Made by a program: the position numbers and the translations under genes. From positions 1-40,326 of IMG/VR virus record IMGVR_UViG_3300037422_000319: a DNA stretch of 40,326 nt. The stretch is one strand, 5' to 3'. Shown here one piece after another: positions 39,370 to 40,326 of the stretch. This DNA is from a virus. The notes below the pieces were generated by a model. It worked only from the letters and a program-made list of their open reading frames with translations, was not told the origin of the DNA and ran no database searches. How positions within the stretch are numbered: the first letter of the stretch is position 1; each line of letters starts with the position of its first letter.

Positions 39370-39733
39370 AGAACTCCCTTAGTATATCTTGTTTAAGAGG
39401 CACGTTATCCCTAAATTCTTTTTCAATTCCGTATTTTATGGCTAGCAATAATCCATATAAGTCTGCTTTTTCCTCAATATATTCAGCATAAAATGGAAGA
39501 GATTCGTAGCCTAGCGGGTCAATTATCTCAATTTCATTGTCTATATAATGCCCTAGCTCATGAAGCAAAACTAAGCATTTGTTTTTATAACTTAAAAGAG
39601 AACTAATTAAAATTTCCCGAAAAGGCTTAAAAACTCCTGCCATTCCATGCCAGTGTAAGAAGGCGTTTTCACATATACATATCTTTAGGCTCCAACTTAA
39701 TCGCAATTTCCAATATAAAAAAATCCATCTCAT
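39347..39733 (-). CDS. ImmA/IrrE-like zinc metalloprotease (HEXXH)
   Basis: LVLLHELGHYIDNE ... EEKADLYGLLLAIKYGI (HExxH plus a downstream E-x-x-A-D/N helix), as in the ImmA/IrrE family. Confidence 0.6.
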   Translation of the reverse strand: MRWIFLYWKLRLSWSLKICICENAFLHWHGMAGVFKPFREILISSLLSYKNKCLVLLHELGHYIDNEIEIIDPLGYESLPFYAEYIEEKADLYGLLLAIKYGIEKEFRDNVPLKQDILREFYEKHIIS

Positions 39734-39921
39734 TTTAATTTATCCTTATAGAACGTTTCACGTTCCTCGAAGAAATTGAAGACATCATCTTTTATTTCTT
39801 GCTCATCTGTAGAGCTACCTAATCCCATTTTAAATCCATCTTTCCATAGGTCAATAGTCACTTGCAGAAATTCATCCCTAAGTTTTCTAAGCCTACTTAT
39901 TTTTTCTAGAGTTGTCCGCAT
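39730..39921 (-). CDS. Hypothetical protein (63 aa)
   Basis: Track ORF; ATGA-type overlap with the ImmA-like gene. Confidence 0.5.
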   Translation of the reverse strand: MRTTLEKISRLRKLRDEFLQVTIDLWKDGFKMGLGSSTDEQEIKDDVFNFFEERETFYKDKLK

Positions 39922-39933
39922 AAACAGTTCCTT

Positions 39934-40155
39934 TTAATCCCTTTTTTGCAGCTGTGCGGCATTATTAGCTTCGCGCAGCGATTCTCCGACACAATAAATG
40001 AAGTCGGCACGTTTCTTCATGTGACAGTCAATTGCAGCCGACATACAGTTTCTAACATCAGTAGCTTTTTCTAAGCCGATCGTGCTTAGGGGGGTTTGTG
40101 CCGTGTATCCGTTGTATAGCATGCAGAATTGCAGGACTAATTTCATAATTTCCAT
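39934..40155 (-). CDS. Hypothetical Cys-containing protein (73 aa)
   Basis: AAGGAG lies 7 nt upstream of ATG 40155. Confidence 0.55.
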   Translation of the reverse strand: MEIMKLVLQFCMLYNGYTAQTPLSTIGLEKATDVRNCMSAAIDCHMKKRADFIYCVGESLREANNAAQLQKRD

Positions 40156-40190
40156 CGTGATACTCCTTTCGAGGCGTAGCTCCGATTGAG

Positions 40191-40326
40191 CTATTTGGCA
40201 TAGTACTCTCTAACCATTTTCAAAAGCATCTTGACGGCAACAGACCAGACAGCAGCCCGGGCAGCAGACCAGGCAGCAGACTCGGCAGCAAACTCGGCAG
40301 AAGACTCGGCAGCAGCCCGGGCAGCA
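40191..40326 (-). CDS. 3-prime end of the Ala-repeat protein gene (duplicate of the 1-127 copy plus the last 3 codons including the stop)
   Basis: Frame carried from 1..465 across the circular junction gives ...REYYAK-TAG, with the stop at 40191-40193. Confidence 0.7.
   Translation of the reverse strand, partial: AARAAAESSAEFAAESAAWSAARAAVWSVAVKMLLKMVREYYAK
40200..40326. repeat. Second copy of the 127-nt terminal repeat
   Basis: Identical to 1-127. Confidence 0.95.

Noticed and set aside
38212-39733. HTH-like gene plus ImmA-like protease as evidence of a temperate (lysogenic) lifestyle
   Set aside because: No integrase, recombinase, excisionase, partition system or attachment-site-like feature is visible anywhere in the closed genome, and the two genes are not adjacent. 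Lifestyle remains unproven, but lysogeny is not supported.

Overview
The window is a complete, circularly closing tailed-phage genome. Bases 1-127 are identical to 40200-40326, giving a unit length of about 40,199 bp. The architecture is podovirus-like, with no tape-measure, tail-tube or sheath candidates. No integrase, tRNA, rRNA or CRISPR array was found.

Layout:
(1) A 744-bp non-coding control region (3848-4591) holds iteron-like repeats, a G-run element, an inverted repeat and two tandem rightward sigma70-like promoters.
(2) A rightward late operon (4592-25821) runs: GNAT acetyltransferase, large terminase, portal, scaffold, major capsid, two tail-fibre genes, an M15 peptidase, a 961-aa tail protein, three large ejection/internal-virion-like proteins, holin-like proteins.
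(3) A leftward replication and nucleotide-metabolism operon (38065 down to 25956) runs: PD-(D/E)XK exonuclease, DUF669-like SSB, family A DNA polymerase, secreted trypsin-like protease, AEP primase-polymerase, RuvC-like resolvase, HAD phosphatase, MazG-like, DUF5664-like, CYTH-like, metallophosphoesterase, a run of small envelope-targeted proteins, HNH endonuclease.
(4) A leftward early operon runs from 3847 down to 562, across the circular junction, to 38600. It encodes a zinc-ribbon protein, DUF932, a Gp88-like protein, a type IV prepilin-like protein, an Ala-repeat protein, an ImmA-like metalloprotease and a ClpP-like protease.
(5) A lone rightward HTH-like gene (38212-38682) is embedded antisense between the two leftward operons.

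The items most worth follow-up:
- the phage-borne prepilin
- a 17-bp palindrome shared by two late promoters
- three operon-leading genes with a -10 hexamer exactly 6 nt before the ATG (leaderless design)
- the four-gene nucleotide-phosphohydrolase block
- the ClpP/ImmA protease pair
- the secreted protease coupled to the polymerase
- the envelope-protein cluster

All protein-family calls come from motifs I recognised by eye in the supplied or my own translations. No database search was possible. Starts were re-assigned where an upstream stop plus a Shine-Dalgarno (SD) sequence supported a shorter ORF. Seven ORFs absent from the supplied track are proposed.
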